Shown piece by piece: positions 60,843 through 64,000 of a DNA stretch of 64,000 nucleotides. The translations under genes and the position numbers were made by a program. The notes under the pieces are model-generated. The model searched no databases. It saw nothing but the letters and a program-made list of their open reading frames with translations, and was not told where the DNA came from. The DNA comes from Macrostomum hystrix (taxonomy: Eukaryota; Animalia; Platyhelminthes): contig CATNEN010000001.1 in NCBI GenBank assembly GCA_950097015.1, positions 17,298,001 through 17,362,000 on the forward strand, read 5' to 3'. How positions within the stretch are numbered: the first letter of the stretch is position 1; each line of letters begins with the position of its first letter.

Positions 60843-61640
60843 AAGTCAAAACTGTGTGCAACTCTACTCGGACCTCCAAGAACGGACTCCAAAAGACGTT
60901 TGTAGGTTTAGGAAACAAGTTGAGACATTCAGATATCTTCAAGCTAACTTTCACCTTCTGGATTGTCGGGATGGCTGTTACAGCAATTCCTTCTGTACGC
61001 TGATTGTCTATGGCTTACACAATTTACTCGGAGCTGCAAAGTTCTCCTTCAGCCGAAAGTAAAATATCTCGTGAAAAAAAACACTTTGAAATTCTCTACA
61101 TGCTACTCTCCGACCGGGCAGTATCAAAGACTTTAAAAATGCAGTAATGGCAGCAAATGAAAATTTTGCCGGCACAATGAAAGACATTAGTGCATTTGTT
61201 CAAGTTCCGGTTGTTGGAGACTGATGAGATTGATTTAGAAAAGTGTAAAGGTGAGTATAGACAGCACAACACGTTATTTGTAACGCGATCTGCCACCGTG
61301 AAATGTCTAGTCTGATCCAGTTTAATCAAAATCATTTCTGATCTTTCCGATCGTCCCAAATTTTATTCTGTTTGTCTGATCAAACAAAAAATGTCAAGAT
61401 ACACTGGCTTCAAAGATCCATATAATTCAAACAAAGCGATGTGAATTTAACCAGGCTTTTTCATTTTTCAATTTTGTTTAACAAAAGGCCCAATCCTGAA
61501 GTCGTGAATTCTAGAAAGACTCATTGTCATTGGCCTTGTTAAATAGAACTGAGAATTTGCCTATAAATATCAAAATGGAGGCAATGAGACACACACGCAT
61601 CTCTACTCAGTCTATAAACCATTTCTGAGCAAGAGCTGTC

Positions 61641-63005
61641 ATGTCCACAGGAAGCTCCAATTCAAATTCCACCAGCAATTCAACAACGAAAATTTGTCTG
61701 GAACTCGAGTTTCACTATGACTGGGCTCTGAATGACCCCGCGGTGTTCTTCACCTTTTACTCGACGGTGGCAGTCGTTGCCATTGTCGGAAACTCGGCCA
61801 TCTTGGCAGTCATCCGACGTCACCCCGAAGTGATTCAGCGTCGAACCTACCGCCTGCTGACTCAAGCAATGAGCGTCTGCGAGCTCGCGCTGGCCTGCGA
61901 CCTGCTGGCACTACTGTTCCGGATGGTTGTGGGCTACTGCAACCGGACTGGCTGCGGCAGCGGAGCGACCTCCGGGCACCGGACAGTTCTGGTCAGCGAC
62001 AGCTGGGACAGGGAGGACGAGAATCCCTTCTACCACAGGTGTGTGGGGTCTGTTCGCTTAGTGGATTTCAAATTTAACACAAACTAAAACCTCACACGTG
62101 CCTTCTAAATCGGGCCGGATGTGCAGCTGACAGCACAGCCGCTGCTTTTGCGCAGCGCATCTGATGGCTGCATACGACTGTTCAGTCCGTGGACTGGTGG
62201 GCGCCACACCCACCCTGAATTACTCCAGCTAATGCTGGTGCCCATTTAACAGCTTGCGTGGAGTCAGAAATCGAACCCCCGAGCTTCAAGTCGTGAGTCC
62301 GGCCCTCTAATCACTAGGCTGCAGCCCCTCTAACCTTCTAACATCCTCAGGGGCGTCACCATGCTCAAGCTTGTCCTGAGCATTCGCGATGTCGCCTTCG
62401 CCTGCGAGGTGCTCTTCTACAGCCTGCTGGCTCTGGACCGCCTGCTGGCCATTGCGCATCCGCTGAGCACCGCCTGGTCAGCTCGACGCGTTGGTACAGG
62501 GACAGCCGTTGCTGTTGTCTCATTGGCAATGATTGAATTCGGCCTGCAGGTCTGGCAGTTGACCGCGGTGGCTGCAGCTGACAGAGCCGGAGACGAGCTG
62601 CTCGTGTGCGACCTCCTGGTGAGAGTGGCTGCCAACAGTCTGATGGCAAAGTCTGGCGGGATGGTGAGCCTGTACCTGCTCTCGCTGGCTGCCTACCTGG
62701 CCACGGCCTGCCTGCTGCTCAAGCGCTGCTGGAAGACTCATCGGGCTACTCAAGCAGCTCAGACTCAGCAGGACAAGATGCAGCTGGGCAAGCCGATGGC
62801 CGCTCTCGTTGCTGGCAACCTGCTGCACTTTGTCAGCATCTTGCCGCTGGCCATTCACAGCAGCGGCCTCGCCCGGGTCAACTGGATCGCATTCTACCTG
62901 TTCTTCTGCAACTGCGCCGTGATTCCCTGCCTCGCCATCGCATTCAATGCGGCCATGCGACAGCAGCTCTGCAGAATGCTGACGGCTTCTCGATGCAAAC
63001 GGTGA
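61641..63005 (+). CDS. Rhodopsin-class orphan GPCR, copy 2. Exons 61641-62038 and 62351-63005
   Basis: Paralog of copy 1 with the same intron position; LALDRLLAIAHPL. Confidence 0.88.
62100..62331 (-). mobile_element. SINE family B with internal deletion, in the GPCR copy 2 intron
   Basis: Reverse complement of 15001-15290 lacking ~15073-15128. Confidence 0.85.
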
Positions 63006-63033
63006 AATTGTTTCTTGAGAACAAGCCTAGCGT

Positions 63034-63407
63034 TATAATAATAATAATAATAATTGCAGGAGGGCTGCGGGCAGTGGCACATCGTTTAGTGACACTAGAC
63101 CCGCAGCCAGCGAGGAAGCAATTCTGCCCATTTCGCTGACTCCTGAGCACACACGCACACAGATACCGTACGCAGGCATACGCTCGCACAGGTGTGTACA
63201 TCTGCCCTGACTTTCTCATCGTCAGGCAGTGTACATTATTTCACTGTGCCTTGGAGGTTGGCCCTCAAAGGCGTAAATTGCACCACAAGCCCCCAAGCCT
63301 TCTCTCGGCGGCTGCGCCCCAAATAAATGAGGCCTCGCCGTGGAATCGAACTTAGGGACCGTGGTGCGAGAGGCAAACGCGATAACCGATCTGCCACCGA
63401 CCCCCCA
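63034..63407 (-). mobile_element. SINE family A, full length
   Basis: tRNA-like head and (ATT)n tail; matches 37002-37337. Confidence 0.9.
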
Positions 63408-64000
63408 AGCGAAACATAATTGAGATGCTTTGAATAAATTCTTACCTACTTAACACGTACTAATATTAATCAACCGACTATAACATATTCCTTTTGCAAT
63501 CGGAATAGACTCCTGTCTGTCTAGACCTCTGTCTCTCATTATCGAGACGAAATAAAAGTACGAAAAGCCTCTTTTGAATGCACAAAGCTTTGAATGAATA
63601 GCCAAGGTAATTTTAAAAGTGTTGCGTAGTAACTATATAACTTTATTGTTGTAGCTTATAATGGCTGATCATATTACAGTCTCATAACAAAGGAATTCAG
63701 CTAGCAGTTCTTTGTTCCTAGCAACTGATCTAACCACAAGCTGTAGATGAGGCTCTAACTTGCGTGGAAAATGCAGTCACACATCCGAACTGTTTTGTAG
63801 CTAGGTGTCACTGATCTAAGGTGTTAGAAAAGCCACGCTGGGAGACAATCATTCTCTAGCTTGGCCTTCCCTAATCCCAAACTAGCAGTTGCCTCAGCTC
63901 TCACTGAAATTCATCCCTTCACCAAAAAGCTATTGATTTTGCTCATTACTCACCTGCGGGAGACAAGCTTAGCCTCTGGTGCGGCCTGTTGCTAAGCAAC

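Overview
Repeat-rich eukaryotic (invertebrate) genomic DNA with spliced genes. The gene style and minisatellite-filled introns suggest a free-living flatworm such as Macrostomum, which is an inference only. From left to right the window holds: (1) a decayed Ty3/Gypsy LTR element on the minus strand, with LTR, PBS, gag, a GGGAAAC -1 frameshift signal and protease, but no RT, RNase H or integrase core; (2) an apparently full-length ~6.2-kb I/Jockey-group LINE on the minus strand with a 10-bp TSD; (3) a hAT-type MITE and two tRNA-derived SINE families; (4) host genes melted/VEPH1 (6 exons), HTATSF1 (3 exons), a vestigial-like gene (3 exons) and two tandem rhodopsin-class orphan GPCRs; (5) about 20 unrelated mini/microsatellite arrays, many with a 20-bp period. 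The standout finding is the LINE. Its ORF1 carries an ALKBH2/3-like AlkB 2OG-Fe(II) dioxygenase fused upstream of the usual RRM-like and triple CCHC gag module, hidden in the ORF track by a 1-bp frameshift. Its APE-RT ORF2 is intact.
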